Assembly: GCF_963921235.1 (NCBI RefSeq)
Contig: NC_086102.1
Coordinates: 54,312,001 to 54,376,000, forward strand
DNA from: Mobula hypostoma
Taxonomy: Eukaryota
Direction of reading: 5' to 3'
Length of the DNA: 64,000 bases
Of the stretch, positions 39,760 to 53,339 are shown piece by piece. Positions within the stretch are counted from its first letter, which is position 1. The number at the start of each line of letters is the position of its first letter. Made by a program: the position numbers and the translations under genes. A model generated the notes under the pieces. It was not told the DNA's origin. It made no database searches and saw only the letters and a program-made list of their open reading frames with translations.

Positions 39760-42340
39760 TCTATAAGACCATAAGATACAGGAGCAGAATTAGGCCATTT
39801 GGCCCATTGAGTCCACCCTTCTATCCCATCATGGCTGACGCATTCCTCCTCTCAGCCCCATTCTTCTTTCTTCTGGATGCATCCTTCATGCTCTAAGCTA
39901 TCAAGAATCTATCAACCTCTGTCTTAAATATAGACATTTAAGACTTGACCTCTACAGCTGCCCACGGCAATAAATTCCACAGATTCACCACTATTTTGCT
40001 AAATAATTTCCTATTCATCTCTGTTCTAAAAGGACACTCCTCTATTCTGAGGCTGTGTCCTTTGGTCCTAGACTCTCCTACCATAGTAAACATCCTCTCC
40101 ACATCCACTCTATCAAGGCCTTTCACCATTCAAAAGGTTTCAATTAGGTCACCCCTAATTCTTCTGAATTCTAGTGAATACAGGCCCAAAACTACCAAAC
40201 ACTCTTCATAAGACACAGCATACCATTTCTAAGATAAGGGGACTAAAACTGCTCACAATACTCCAAGTGAGGCCTCACCAGTACTTTATAAACCCTGAAC
40301 ATTACATTCCTGCTTTTATATTCTAGTCCTCTTCAAATGAAATCTAACTCCTTCCTCACCACAGACTCACCCAGCAAATTAACCTTTAGGGAATCCTGCA
40401 CAAAGACTCCAAAGTCCCCTTGCACCTCAGAGTTTTGAATTTTCTCTCCAATTAGAAAATAGTCTACCCTTTTATTTCTTCTACCAAAGTGCATGACTGT
40501 GCACTTCCTGACACTGTATTTCATTGCCCCTTCTCCTAATCTGTCTAAATCCTTCTGTAGCCTCTTTACTTCTTCAAAACTACCTACTCCACCACGTATC
40601 TTCATATTGTCTGCAAACTTTGCAACAAAGTCATCAATTCCATCATCCAAGTCATTGATATATAACATAAAAAGAAACAGTCCCAACACAGACCCCTCTG
40701 GAACACCACTAGTCACAAGCAGCCAACCAGAAGAGGCTCCCTTTATTCCCACTCTTTGTTTCCAGCCAATCAACCACTGCTTTAGCCATGCTGATATCTT
40801 TCCTGTAATGCCATTGGCTCTTAACTTGTGAAGCAGCCTCATGTATGACAGCTTGTCAAAAGCCTTCAGAAAATCGAAGTACACAACATGAACTGATTCT
40901 CCTTTGTCTATTCTGCTTGTTATTTCTTTAAATAATTCTAACATATTTGTCAGGCAAGGTTTTCCCTTTTGGAAATCATCCCGACTATGGCCTATTTTAT
41001 CATGTGCTACCAAGTACCCCAAAACCACATTCTTAACAATTGACTCCAACATCTTCCCAATCACTGAGGTCAGACCAATTGGCCTATAATGTCTTTTCTT
41101 CTGCCCCTCTCTCTTGTTGAAGAGTGGAATGACATTACAATTTTTCAGTCTTCTGGAACCATTCCAGAATCTAGTGATTCCTGAAAGATTATTACTAACG
41201 CCTCCACAATTTCTTCAGCCACCTCTTCCTGAACATTGGGGTGTACACCATCTGGTCCAAGTGACTTATCTCCTTCAGACTTTTCAGTTTCCCAAGAACT
41301 TTCTCCCTAGTAATGGCAACTTCACACACTTCCGACTCCTGACACTCTTGAACTTCCACCATACTGCTAGTGTCTTCCAAAGTGAAGACTGATACCCCGC
41401 TGAGGGTAGCAGACACTAACAGAATCAAGAAACTCATTCGTAAGGCCAGTGATGTTGTGGGGATGGAACTGGACTCTCTCACGGTGGTGTCTGAAAAGAG
41501 GATGCTGTCTAAGTTGCATGCCATCTTGGACAATGTCTCCCATCCACTACATAATGTACTGGGTGGGCACAGGAGTACATTCAGCCAGAGACTCATTCCA
41601 CCGAGATGCAACACAGAGTGTCATAGGAAGTCATTCCTGCCTGTGGCTATCAAACTTTACAACTGCTCCCTTGGAGGGTCAGACACCCTGAGCCAATAGG
41701 CTGGTCCTGGATTTATTTCATAATTTACTGGCATAATTTACATATTACTATTTAACTATTTATGGTTTTATTACTATTTATTATTTATGGTGCAACTGTA
41801 ACGAAAACCAATTTCCCCCGGGATCAATAAAGTATGACTATGACTAAATACTTATTCAGTTCATCAGCCATTTCCTTGTCCCCCATTATTACCTCTCCAG
41901 CATTGTTTTTCAGTGCCTGATGTCCACTCTTGCCCCTCTTTTACACTTAATGTATCTGAAGATATTTTTGGTATCCTCTTTAATATTACTGGCTAGATTT
42001 CTTTCATATTCCATCTTTTCCTTCTTAATGACTTTCAATAGTTACTTTCTGTTGGTTGTTAAAAACTTCCTAATCCTCTTCCCACTAATTTTTGCTCTTT
42101 TACATGCCTTCTCTTTGGCTCTTATGTTGGCTTTGACATCTTTTGTTAGCCATAGTCATGTCATCTTGCCTTTAGATTACTTCTTCCTCTTTGGAATGTA
42201 TATATCCTGTACCTTACAAATTGCTTTCAGAAATTCCAGCCATTGTTGCTCTGCTGTCATCCCTGCCACTGTTCTTTTCCAATCAATTTTGGACAACTCC
42301 TCTCTCATGCCTCTGTAATTCCCTTTACTCCTTTGCAATA
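39760..42340 (-). mobile_element. CR1 LINE (RT region), interrupted by a Rex/Babar insertion
   Basis: ORF 40333..41064: YFDFLKAFDK, VTSGVPEGSVLG, KFADNMK; tail (taagaccataaga) at the low-coordinate end. Confidence 0.9.
41395..41846 (+). mobile_element. Rex1/Babar-type 3' fragment nested in CR1
   Basis: LHAILDNVSHPLHN...RKSFLPVAIKLYN; (tatgac)n tail. CR1 resumes on both sides. Confidence 0.8.
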
Positions 42341-42609
42341 TGTTCAGCTTCAGTGGAGGGCATGTAACACTATCCCGTTAATGGGGATGGCATGGAACAA
42401 TTGTCAAATGTTATCCATGCCAAAGCTGTTTTTCAAATAGAACAAACGTACATCAATGCACATTATAATCCAACTATGAAGCAAAAATTAAACAAACTGA
42501 CCTTTTAAAACAAAGCTAATGTAAAGACTACTCATACAATAAGGTCTAGAATACACAGTTGCACAGTTGTTTTGAAAGTGTGGACACAATGTTGAAAAGG
42601 CATATGACG

Positions 42610-43665
42610 AGATGGGCCAAAGTCAGCATGGTTCCTGAAAGGAAAATCCTGACTGACTAACCTACTGCAATTTTTTTGAGGAAATTACAAGCAGGGTAGA
42701 CAAAGGTGTAGGTGTGACGTACTTAGATTTTCAGAAGGCCTTTGACAAGTGCCGCACATGAGGCTGCTTAGCAAGATAAGATTCCATGGAATTACAGGGA
42801 GTTACTAGCATGGGTGGAACATTTCCTGATCAGCAGAAAACAGAATGGGAATAAAGGGATCCTATTCTGGCTGGCTGCCAGTTACCAGTGGATTTCCACA
42901 GAGGTCGGTGTTGGGACCGCTGCTTTTTACGATGTATGTCAATGATTTGGACTATGGGATGAATGGATTTGTGGCTAAGTTTGCTGATGATATAAAGATA
43001 GGTGGAAGAGTGAGTAGTGTTGAGGAAACAGAGAGCCTGCAGAGGACTTAGATAGTTTAGGGGAATGAGAAAAGAAGTGGCAAAGGAAATACAATGTTGG
43101 AAAGTGTATGGTCATGCACTTTGGTAGAAGAAATAAATGGGCAGACTACTATTTAGATGGAGAGAGAATTCAAAATGCAGAGATGCAAAGGGACTTGGGA
43201 GTCTTTGTGCAAGATACCCTAAAGTTGAGTCGGTGGTGAAGAAGGCAAATGCAATGATGGCATTCATTTCTAGAGGTATAGAATATAGGAGCGGGGGTGT
43301 GATGTTGAGGCTCTACAAGGCACTCGAGAGACCACATTTGGAGTATTGTGTGTGGTTTTGGTCTCCTTATTTTAGAAAGGATGTACTGACGTTGGATAGG
43401 GTTCAGAGAAGATTCACGAGAATGATTCCAGGAATGAGAGGGTTACCGTATGAGGAACGTCTGGCAGCTCTTGGGCCGTATTCCCTGGAGTTCAGGAGAA
43501 TGAGGAGGGATCTCATAGGAACATCCCAAATGTTAAAAGGCCTGAACAGATAAGATATTTCCTATGTAGGGAAGTCCAGGACAGGAGGGCACGACTTTAG
43601 GATTGAAGGATGTCCATTTAGAACCGAGATGCAAAGAAATTACTTTAGTCAGAAGGTGGTAAATC
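42610..43665 (+). mobile_element. CR1 RT 3' portion
   Basis: VTSGFPQRSVLGP, KFADDIK, LYKALERPHLEYCVWFWSPYFRKD. Confidence 0.85.
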
Positions 43666-43670
43666 TAGAG

Positions 43671-43904
43671 CAGGGGTCCCCTATCTTTTTTGCACCGCGG
43701 ACTGGTTTAATATTGACAATATTCTTGCAGAATGGCTGACGGGGGAGGGGGGTGTTCCAGTTCAACAGTGCGTGACAGGGAATGAGGAAAGTTGCAGCTG
43801 ACTCATATCGTTTCATATTCCCAAATCATATTGTTTCCTTGCGGCCCAGTAGCACATCTTTGTGGCCCAGTACCGGTCTGCGGCCTGGTGGTTGGGGATC
43901 ACTG
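43671..43904 (-). mobile_element. 234-bp hAT MITE of the same family as 46301-47500
   Basis: Both halves match the reverse complement of the ends of 46301-47500. Inserted at a TCTAGA-type site (aatctagag / attctagag). Confidence 0.85.
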
Positions 43905-44206
43905 ATTCTAGAGCACAGTACCATTAAAGAGGACTACAAAGAACTGGCTGGGAGAGGTGAGGGAGCAAATTTGGGATTGCTTTGAGTCAGTGGACTAGAC
44001 CACTTTCAAGGGTTTATCAATGGACCTAAATTAACATGTAACAATCAACACTAATTTCATAAGAATGTGTATGGGTAAGTGTATAACCACAAAAATATTC
44101 TGAGTCTTTCTCAATGAGTAGTCCTGGATGAACCAGGAGATTCAGGACCTGCTGAGGACTAGAACTGAAGTGTTTAGGGCTGGTGATCCAGAGTCATATA
44201 AAGAAG

Positions 44207-44418
44207 AAGAAGAAGAAAGCCCTTAACTCTGAGTGGAGTCATTGGGACGCCATCATGACGGCGTTTTTTTAGCAGGCTTTCTTATTTTTACGAGACCGAG
44301 TTGCTAGCTCGACGCTCAACCCAGCACGGATGGAAAGCGGGCAAGGGAGCCGGCTGGATTCGAACTTGGGAGCATTCACTCCGAAGTCCGGCGCTGATGC
44401 CACTACGGCATCAGCTGG
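44207..44418 (-). mobile_element. Young tRNA-derived SINE with (TTC)n tail
   Basis: Box A-like TAGTGGCATCAG and box B GTTCGAATCC; CpG-rich; imperfect TSD cagagtcatataaagaag / cagagtcatgtaagaag. Confidence 0.7.
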
Positions 44419-46039
44419 CAGAGTCATGTAAGAAGTCCATATATGATTGGAAGGCCATTACAAGCTCAAAGAGACAACTTCAGACTAAATTGGAATCACA
44501 GACACTGTAGATGCTTGACAGCATTGGTAGAGATTGGACAATATTACTTTCTACAAGGTGAGATTAGTTAGCAAAAGTGGCAAAAACCCATCACTCCCAT
44601 CTGTTCAATGCCTTTTATGCACACCTTGACAAGGAGAAGTATGGCACACATACAAATCCATACATCTCCAGATTACTCCATAATCTTAGTCTCTGAGGTT
44701 GATATTTGTGCTTCCTTCAAGACGGTGAACCCAAAAGATAGTGTACATACTGAGTACTCAAGATCTGTACATAACAAGTGGCAGGAATGTGTATTGGTAT
44801 ATTCAGCCCCTTACTTCAGCGGTCTAAGGTTCCCATCTGCTTCAGAAAGGCATCTATTGTACCGGTTCCCAAGAAGATCTTGGTGATGTGCCTCAAATAC
44901 TATTGTCCTGTTGCACATACGTCAACCATAACGTGACAGAAATTCAGTAAAGGCTATAGTGTAGAGGGAGGGAAACAGAAGTGTAATGAACAGTTGACTA
45001 AGTTTTTAAGAACTGTACAGAACAAAGAAAAATAATAAATACTAGGACAAAAGGGCTGCTAGCTAAGACTCACCGAAATAAAAACTAATGCGGTCACTGT
45101 GGCTTAGAGCAGTAACTCAACATTAAATTAATAACCATGAGAAATTCTACAAAAGTGGAAATGGAAAGCAATGCACACAAAATGCAGGAAGAACTAAGCA
45201 GATCAGGCAGCATCTAAGGAAGTGAATAAGCAGTCAACATTTTGGGCTGAGACCTGCATGACCTGCTGAGTTCTTCAGCATTTTATGTGTGGTGTGCTAA
45301 ATCAATACTGCTTCTTTACAGAGTCCATCTAAATTATTAATCTCCTTTCCCTCAATGTGGACGTAGTAAGCAGGTTGCATTGCTATTGCCGTGCTTCAGT
45401 CAAGACCTGACAAGACTGAAACGAAAAGAAGGGAGTTAATACAATTACGAAGAAACCCATAATTAACTGGAATATTCATTCTCATGTGAGTGATTACTGA
45501 TCTCTTCTAGTTGCCCACCTACGAGAGCACCTAGACTTTTCTCCATAGTCTCTTACTGACCCTTGTCCTTGGCACAGGTCCAGGACCTCCTGACCTTGTA
45601 CTAGAAGGTCAAAAGCTCTTTTGAATACAACTACAAATTGCTGGAAAGACTGGGCTGCAGGACAACCTTGCTCTCATAGAGTGTTGAACAGGCTGTGTTG
45701 AGGTCCTTCTCAAAGGTTCACCATGGATCATCACTGAACCCACCTGGATGGGCTTGGAAAGTCGGCTCACACTGGGTAATAAAGTTTCTACAGCCTTCGG
45801 AGTCACTGGAGTTTCTGCCTGGTGGAGGAATGCTTGGTTCGGTCAGGATGCAGCAAGGGAATCAGGGCGTTAGTGGCTGAGGCTGATGCGAGTGCAATAG
45901 AGGAGATGGGGGAGGTGCTGGTACCAGAAGTGGGACTGTCCCGGCAGAGAGCTGCTGAATAGAGACAGTGAGAGCAGTTATAGCTGCCAACTGACTCTGT
46001 CTGTTTGCTGAACCATCGTTGCAAGTGCTGATGTATATT

Positions 46040-46200
46040 CTCGCAAACACGAGGAAATCTGCAGATGCTGGAATTTCAAGCAACACACATAAAAGTTGCT
46101 GGTTAACACAGCAGGCCAGGCAGCATCTCTAGGAAGAAGTACAATCGATGTCTCGGCCCGAAACATCGACTGTACCTCTTCCTAGAGATGCTGACTGGCA
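46040..46200. mobile_element. Short palindromic PLE-derived element
   Basis: gcagcatctctaggaagaagtacaatcgatgt...acatcgactgtacctcttcctagagatgctg inverted arms; same family as 54899-55164. Confidence 0.7.
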
Positions 46201-46300
46201 TGTGCTATGATTGCTGTACTTGACTTCGGCAAAGGGAGGCCCAAGGTGAATTATCCATCAAATATGTTAAGGGTCATGCACTTGATTTTTTGCTTTAAAT

Positions 46301-47500
46301 CAGCGATCCCCAACCACCGGGCCGCGTACCGGTACCGGGCTGCGAGGAAACGATATGATTTGGCGATATGAGTCAGCTGCACCTTTCCTCATTCCCTGTC
46401 ACGCACTGTTGAGCTTGAACACATGCGAGGTCATTAACAGCGCGTCTTCCATGTCAGGCGGGAAGGAGATCAACTCTTTGAGCTTGCAAATGACGGCGGG
46501 CTGAAAAGTATGTTTGACATAACATCTCTGCCGGCATTCCGGATCAAAGTCACGACTAAATATCCTGAGATAGCCACGAAAGCACTGAAAACGTTACTTC
46601 CATTTCCAACATATCTCTGCAACGAATGCAATGAAAACTAAATTGCGGAATAGACTGGACATAAGAGACCCCCTTCGAGTATCGCTGTCTCCCATCACCC
46701 CTCGATAGGACCGTCTTGTTGCAGGAAAACAAGCCCAGGGCTCCCACTGATTCAGCGATATTGGTGCGTTGCAATGATTTTATATGTTCATACGAGGAAA
46801 ATATGTGCTGTGTGTTTAATATCCAAACGTTACTTAAAATGTTATGATGCTATTGACTTATAAGTGACTTATATAACCATATACCAATTACAGCATGGAA
46901 ACAGGCGATCTCGGCCCTTCTAGTCCGTGCCGAACGCTACTCTCCCTAATCCCACCGACCTGCACTCAGCCCATAACCCTCCATTCCTTTCCAGTCCATA
47001 TACCCATCCAATTTTTCTTTAAATGATAATATCGAACCTGCCTCTACCACTTCTACTGGAAGTTCGTTCAACACTTCAAGCTCCCCTGTCCTCCCCTGAT
47101 AATTGACCTATCACTATTTTCATGCGAGGAAAATATGCGCTGTGTGTTTAATATTAAATTCGTTAGATAAATCCTTTTAGAAACGAAATTGAGTGTATTA
47201 GCCACTTATCACCCATATTCCGGTCGTGATTCACACCCCGGAACAGAATCGCCAAAAACAATTTGTAGGAAAAAAAACGGCACGTACACACATGCGCAAG
47301 TCACGCATGTGCGCTGGTGCCCGCGCAAGGCCTCATGGTCATTGTAGTCTTTCAAGGGGTAAACAAGGTATTTGGCTGCTACTCTTGTCCACTGGCAACC
47401 CTACCCACATCACCGCGCCCCCCCCCCCAGGTCGGCCGGTCTGCAAGAATATTGTCAATATTAAACCGGTCCGCAATGCGAAAAAGGTTGGGGACCCCTG
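46301..47500 (+). mobile_element. hAT (Charlie/Buster-type) non-autonomous element, 1200 bp
   Basis: TIRs cagcgatccccaacc and ggttggggacccctg; perfect 8-bp TSD ctttaaat (46293-46300 and 47501-47508). Dimerisation-domain remnant (WIKV..KYPEIATKALKTLLPFPTYLC). A CR1 3' end is nested at about 46893-47065. Confidence 0.88.
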
Positions 47501-49399
47501 CTTTAAATGCATATAATTTTTGCAACTGATTTACAAGCAAATCACTATTAATATATTAATTCACATGAACACTCATAGAGTCCTCATCCAATTACATTAA
47601 GGGATTTTCCCTCCACAAATATCCATCCATATTTTCACTCCACTGAAACTCTCACTTGGTGTGCTTGGTTCATATAACAATGATCATCCACAATCTGCCA
47701 CCAGCATTTCAATAATCTTTTGGAAATTAGACCGAGTTTTCACAATTCTAAAGACACAAATCACTGTAAGTGCTGGAATCTGAAGCAAAGAACATGGGGC
47801 TGAAGAACTGATTGGGTCAGGCAGCACCTGTGGAGTAAAATGAACAATTGACATTTATCTGGACCAGTAGAAGGGTATCAACCCTGAGACATCCACTATT
47901 TATTTCCATCCACAGAGGCTGCCTGACCCATTCAGTTCCTGCAGCAGGGTGGAGACAAAAGAGACTTCAGATGCTGGAATATAGAGCAGCAATCTGCTGG
48001 TTTTGACCAGAAATTTTCCTTTCCTCACACAAATGTTGTTTGGCCCAGAGTTCCTCTAACAGTTTCTTCATTGTTTCACAATTCTATATTATTTTTGTGT
48101 GGTCAGCCCATAGCAGCAGACAGACTAATAACAAATAAGCTGCAAGTACAGTTATAATTTTTGACTTGTTCTAAGGTAGTATTTCTGAGCATGGAAGTCA
48201 TGAGGGAGACTTTTGTGAACAACCTTCTCATGTTCTTTTAACCCAATAACTGTCTGGTTTCTTCCTCTTTTGAGTGGGAAATATAAAGTTCAGTCATCAG
48301 ATAGAAAATTCTTATAAGTTATTCATTTACAGAACGTAGGTGTGACTGACAAGATCAGTATTTATTGCTTATTCTTGACTGCCTGTCAGAAGTTAATGCT
48401 GAGCCGCCTTCTGAATCATGTGCTTCTTCTGGTGGAAATACCTGTATTGCTTTGAGGGTGGGGAGTTCCATGATTTAGGTTCCCCCAAATGGCCACAAAT
48501 ATCACCATCAACCCATTGCAGATAGGAAAACATATTTGTGCTAATTATGATTTCAGTGCCAATGCAGGACTAACAGCACCCCAGCGCCAAATTCTGATTT
48601 CACAAGTGGTTAACAGTAGGAGTCTGAAGTTATTATGACTGACATTTTGCAAATGACTCAAGGCATAACACAGTTTTTAGATGTTCTTCTGAAGCGTTGA
48701 TGTAAAAAGTGAGGAGGAGGAGATATATCTTTTTAATAGAGTAGGAGGTGATGGAATTTGGCCTCCAAGTGAGCATATACAGTAACCATTTCTGCATACT
48801 GCGTCTTGTTAACGCTACCTATAGTAAACTTGGTTTTGGAGTGGAGATGGTGTGGTTTGGACTATGTACCCATTTGCTCTGCTCATTAGCCCTACTTCAG
48901 CAGGAAACTTGTCAAATGTGAGAACAATTGAGTTAAGTGTTGGGATAATTGTGTGGCTTTGCTTGTCACCACTCTGCACTGGGAATGAGCTGGAAGCTTT
49001 CTTCATGTCTTATAATGAGAAAAGCTTGTGAAACTCATGATCAATGTTAAGCAAGGTAATGCACTTGCGCAACATTCCGTAACTAGGCCATGTAGATCAG
49101 AGTGAGCCTGTGGTGCAACGATAGTTTAATAGCAATAAACGATAAATGTAATACTTCCTTCAAAATATATCTCAAAAATGTTTACTAATGTCAAGAAAGC
49201 ATAAGACTTACTGATATTGCTGATCAAGGGCAAGTGAAGAGCGGCTGGAGATGGATATCTTTCTACACCACGTGCTTCAAGTCAATGTCAGAATTAACCC
49301 ACGCAAAATATAATGTTAAAAAACAGATTACCTACAGTAAGTGATGATCATACAAAATGAACAGTGCTTCTAGAGGCCAAATAAACACTCCACCCAGAC

Positions 49400-50100
49400 A
49401 TCCATGGGATGTCAGGCTAACTACTGAAACTAAAAGGCAGATGGTTACTTCATTATGTCTTTGGCAAAAGAAGGACAGTCTCCAAGACTGGACTTGAAAA
49501 TAGTCTTACCACACAGTCTTTAACCATTCTTGCTTCGAAAATATCACCTTTGTTGACATACTTGCTCGTGGTAGTATCTGATGAGCAGACCGGTGACACA
49601 GTGCTCACCCAGAATGACGCTTGGGTGAGGTAACTCTGAAGTAAATTGTGCTCTTTTAATACATCCTCCAACTCATAGTAATTCTTCGGAGTCAACAGGG
49701 TTCACTAAGGTATCTTTGGATTGGAAGAAGTTCCCATTTTGTGATGCACTGTACTTCCTCTGCATAAATTTGTCTTTGAACATCAAGCAGGATTCTAACC
49801 TTTTCCCAATTCCATTGCTCAACACTGAGATGTTGATTACAAATTTGCCAACCACTTCAAAGGCTGTCTTTGGCTACTTCTACAATATTCACTGTCATAC
49901 AGAAACTACTCCCATAGGGTATGAAGTGACATTGGCACCCATTGTCTGGGACGTTAGTCTTAAATACGCTGACAGTAGGCTGATGAGCATCACAAGGCAG
50001 AATTCGTCCACTATGACCCAACCTGGTCCAATATTTGTGCATAAGGTGCATACTGAACTGATGCACTGTCCACATACCTTATATGTATGGATGGTGTCTT
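49400..50100 (-). mobile_element. Bel/Pao LTR retrotransposon pol remnant (copy A)
   Basis: VQRQIYAEEVQCI and ELL*VGGCIKRAQ...HPSVILGEHCVTGLLIRYYHEQVC resemble the Bel/Pao VGGR...HPIIL..HH.T.LIIRHYH segment before the integrase Zn finger. Confidence 0.65.
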
Positions 50101-50104
50101 GGTC

Positions 50105-50620
50105 AAGCAACAGAGTCCATTTGTCACTGGAATATCTGTGCTGTACTTTTCAGCTCAAACAACATGCACAGAAACTCAGATAGGCCAAACAGGGTGCTAG
50201 CAGCAGTTTTGAGAATATCCCCTGTGCACAAAGGCACTTGATGGTAGCTCCTGACTAAGACCACTTTAGAAAAAATTATCTTTCTGGCTAAAGGTGCTGG
50301 TGGGACTGGGTAATGACTGGGGGTGGTGGTTTCATTAAGGTGGTGGTGATTTCTACATGGACTGAAACCAAGAATGGGCTTAGAGACCATGTGGTTAGGT
50401 GATGACTAAGGGCTTTCCAACCTGCGTAAAATGCCAAACATTTTCATGTTAGCAAACTCAGCCTTCGTGCTGGCCAGCTTTTCTGAGTCCAGCCTACGCA
50501 CAAAGGGATGGACCAGTAGGCCAGTTGTGGAAATGTGATGCTCACTGTCAGGCTTTGTTACTGTAGTGGAAAATGGGGACCTGGTGAGGTTTGGGAATTT
50601 TCCCAGCAGGTGTGACAACT
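50105..50620 (-). mobile_element. Degenerate Gypsy (CsRn1-like) RT fragment (copy A)
   Basis: RRLDSEKLASTKAEF, FSKVVLVRSYHQVP, FGLSEFLCMLFELKSTAQIFQ. Confidence 0.75.
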
Positions 50621-51299
50621 TGAGATGTAATGTCTCATGTCTCTAAAATGGTCACAAATACAAAACCTCTGTGGTGTTCTGGGAGGACTTTCTCTTTGGA
50701 CAGTTGATAGGGGAGTTCAGGTCTGCTGAAGTCTAGATCTTCAGTAGGAATTCCAGAGTACTCAGGTCAAGGCTTCAGTCAGTGTTGAGTATTTTGAAGA
50801 GTTCCTTCTAGTTGATGATGTACATTGATTATTCAGTCTGTGGTTTCCCATCTACAAAGTTTGCATTTTCTGTTAGGATCAGCGAAAAAGTTTTATGGGA
50901 ACAAAATGTAGGAGTTGTTGGAAGTAATAGATTTTGCAAAAGAGGTTTAATGTGAGAACACACCAATAAAGAGACAGCAAAGAAGTGAAAAGTGTGAGCA
51001 TTGGAGATTGAAGAGTACAGCACAATACTGCCATTCAGCCCACAATATTGTGCCATTCTTTTAAATTACTCCTTGATCAATCAAGCCCTTCCATTTTCTA
51101 CATCCAAAAACCCTTCATTTTTTCTTTTATCCATCTGCCTATCTAGCAGTCGTATAAATGTCCCTAATGTATCTGTCTTTTCCATCACCCCCTGCATTGC
51201 ATTGCAAGCACTTACTGCTCCCTGTGTAAAAAAACCTACCTCTGATAGTGTGGTAAGTGTATTGTTTAAAAAAAAGATTCTAAAATGTATGTGTCATGT

Positions 51300-51385
51300 G
51301 CTTGTGTGTGTGTGTGTGCGCCCTCAATGTGCATGTGTGTGAATGTGATTTGTGTGTGTGAATGTGATCTGTGTGTGTGTGTGAA
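51300..51385. repeat. Imperfect (TG)n microsatellite
   Basis: tgtgtgtgtgtgtgtg...gaatgtgatttgtgtgtgtggaatgtgatctgtgtgtgtgtg. Confidence 0.85.
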
Positions 51386-51562
51386 TGTTAGCATCAGTTG
51401 CCTGTACCAGACCTCTGAAGGACTCCAGTCTTGGGCATGATTGTAAATTATGGATGAGAGATCAATAAGCATATTAATAATTATATTATATGGTGGAATA
51501 GACTGTGTGAGTGTCTGAAAATGTGTATTAGAGAACAGAAACTGTGAGAAGACTGGAGGGTG

Positions 51563-53208
51563 TGTTACGTACCCTGTAATGGGTTTAAGAACCAGCAGAA
51601 ATGGAACACACCTGGAGTCTGGTTTTGCTTTTAACTAATGCTATTTTTATTAGTAACTACACGATACAGTAATATAAAACCAGATAAATCAAACAGGTTG
51701 GCAAAAATTATGCATATATAGGTGTGTAAATATAAAACCCAAACTTCTTCAAGCTTAGGTGGTAAGGGATACAGTCTTATGATAGAATGAAAACAAGGTC
51801 AGTTCTGTTCGTGTTATTGAGTTGAGTAGAATTGAGGAGAGAGAGAGAGATGTTTTGTTGTTCACGTAAGCTGATGCCGTCGATTCTTCCCATTGTCTTC
51901 CGGAACTGGCAAGTTAGCCAAATTTTACCAACTTAAGAGCGCAGTCTTCAAGTGATAATCTACCAACCCAGGCAAGGGTTAGACACACTGGTAGACTCTA
52001 TGTGGTCACTCTTTCATGCAGTAATAATCAAAGATCGATTCCTCATAATCGATCCTCAGTCCCACACTCATGGGCAAAGTGTAGTGGTAACTTCACAACA
52101 CCTTAGTGCATCTGCGTGTCCTTTTCTTCGGTGTCCTCCAAAATCCTTTAAAGTCACCGAATGTGACAACAAGAAGGACTGTCTTCTGTGGTAACGCTAT
52201 CGACCTAGGCAAGGGTTGGACACACTGATAACTTCCCACCGGTCACCCCTTTTCCACACTGCGAGAGCCACTGATTGATTCCCCCAATCGATCCTCCAAA
52301 ACCCACCCTTCTGTGTGCACACAAAGCTCATGCAGTGTCCGAATTCATGGGTGTCTCACTCCACACACGAAGCATCACAACGGTGATCTTCAACAAATAT
52401 CCTTTCAACACAAGTGGTACCACACCTGAATTCAGCTACGGGTCATCCCAAAGTGGTGGCCATAGGATACTCAAACAGAATCCACGTATGGATTATCACC
52501 AACAGTAGCCTATCACAAAGGGGACCCTCTTCAAGGGAATCACCAAACACACAACTGTGATAGTCACTTATCCAGTTCCACGACATACGAAATAACTCCA
52601 ACAGTGATTTGCCACAGGGGTGCCTTTCTTCAGTGAACTACCACACCCAAACAAGGGTAACACACACGTGGTATTCACAAAGGTCTTTCCCTCACCGGAG
52701 AACCCACTCCTGCGGATTAACGAAGTGACAATCACACATTTGTGTTCGAATGGAACTCAAACTCACCCTTTTCAGCTACTTAGGAGAGAGTCCAAACAGT
52801 CACCTCTTTGTCACTAGATTTCTTCTATTTCAAACCTTCCTCTCCCCTCTCCTCTTCCTGCAAACTTGTTCTAGTTGCAGAAAACTTGTGAGTGTCATTT
52901 ATCAATACTCAGGATCGATCTAAACTCACCCCTTCTGGGCTACTGGAAGTTTACACCAGGACCTCATTCACTGGTGTCTTTCATTGATTGAATCCATCTT
53001 GACTCTGAGCATGTGTTTTTCTGTGTCTGTAACTGTCCTTGTAAAAAGTAAACTCGCTGCAGAGAAGCCATAACATCGATTGTCCATCAAATACCTTCAC
53101 CTCTCTCTCTCTGTAGGAACTCACAAGCAGTGTCCAAAAGTCAGTCTCATTCTCCCGATGTTTAAAGTGACAGTCCACAGAAAATATGAACCCTAGGGGT
53201 ACATAACA
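51563..53208 (-). repeat. 3' LTR (1646 bp)
   Basis: tgttacgtaccc...gggtacataaca; direct repeat of 55288-56914. Confidence 0.9.
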
Positions 53209-53219
53209 TCTACCCCCAA
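53209..53219 (-). other. Polypurine-tract-like sequence
   Basis: TTGGGGGTAGA on the minus strand immediately precedes the 3' LTR. Confidence 0.65.
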
Positions 53220-53339
53220 GAAATCAAAATTTTGATCAAAGAACCAAACTTTTTTAACTGTACATTACAGAATATAAAGCAATACAAACGTGATTATCAT
53301 GTAGCACATTACAAAAGCACATACAAATACTAGTTTCTA

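Noticed and set aside
49510-49824. 315-bp segment with AG/GT ends conserved in both duplicated copies, resembling a third Ig exon
   Set aside because: It contains several stop codons and translates to Bel/Pao pol motifs, not an Ig fold.
49716-50183. 155-aa plus-strand ORF
   Set aside because: Antisense to the Bel/Pao and Gypsy remnants and not preserved as an ORF in the paralogous copy.
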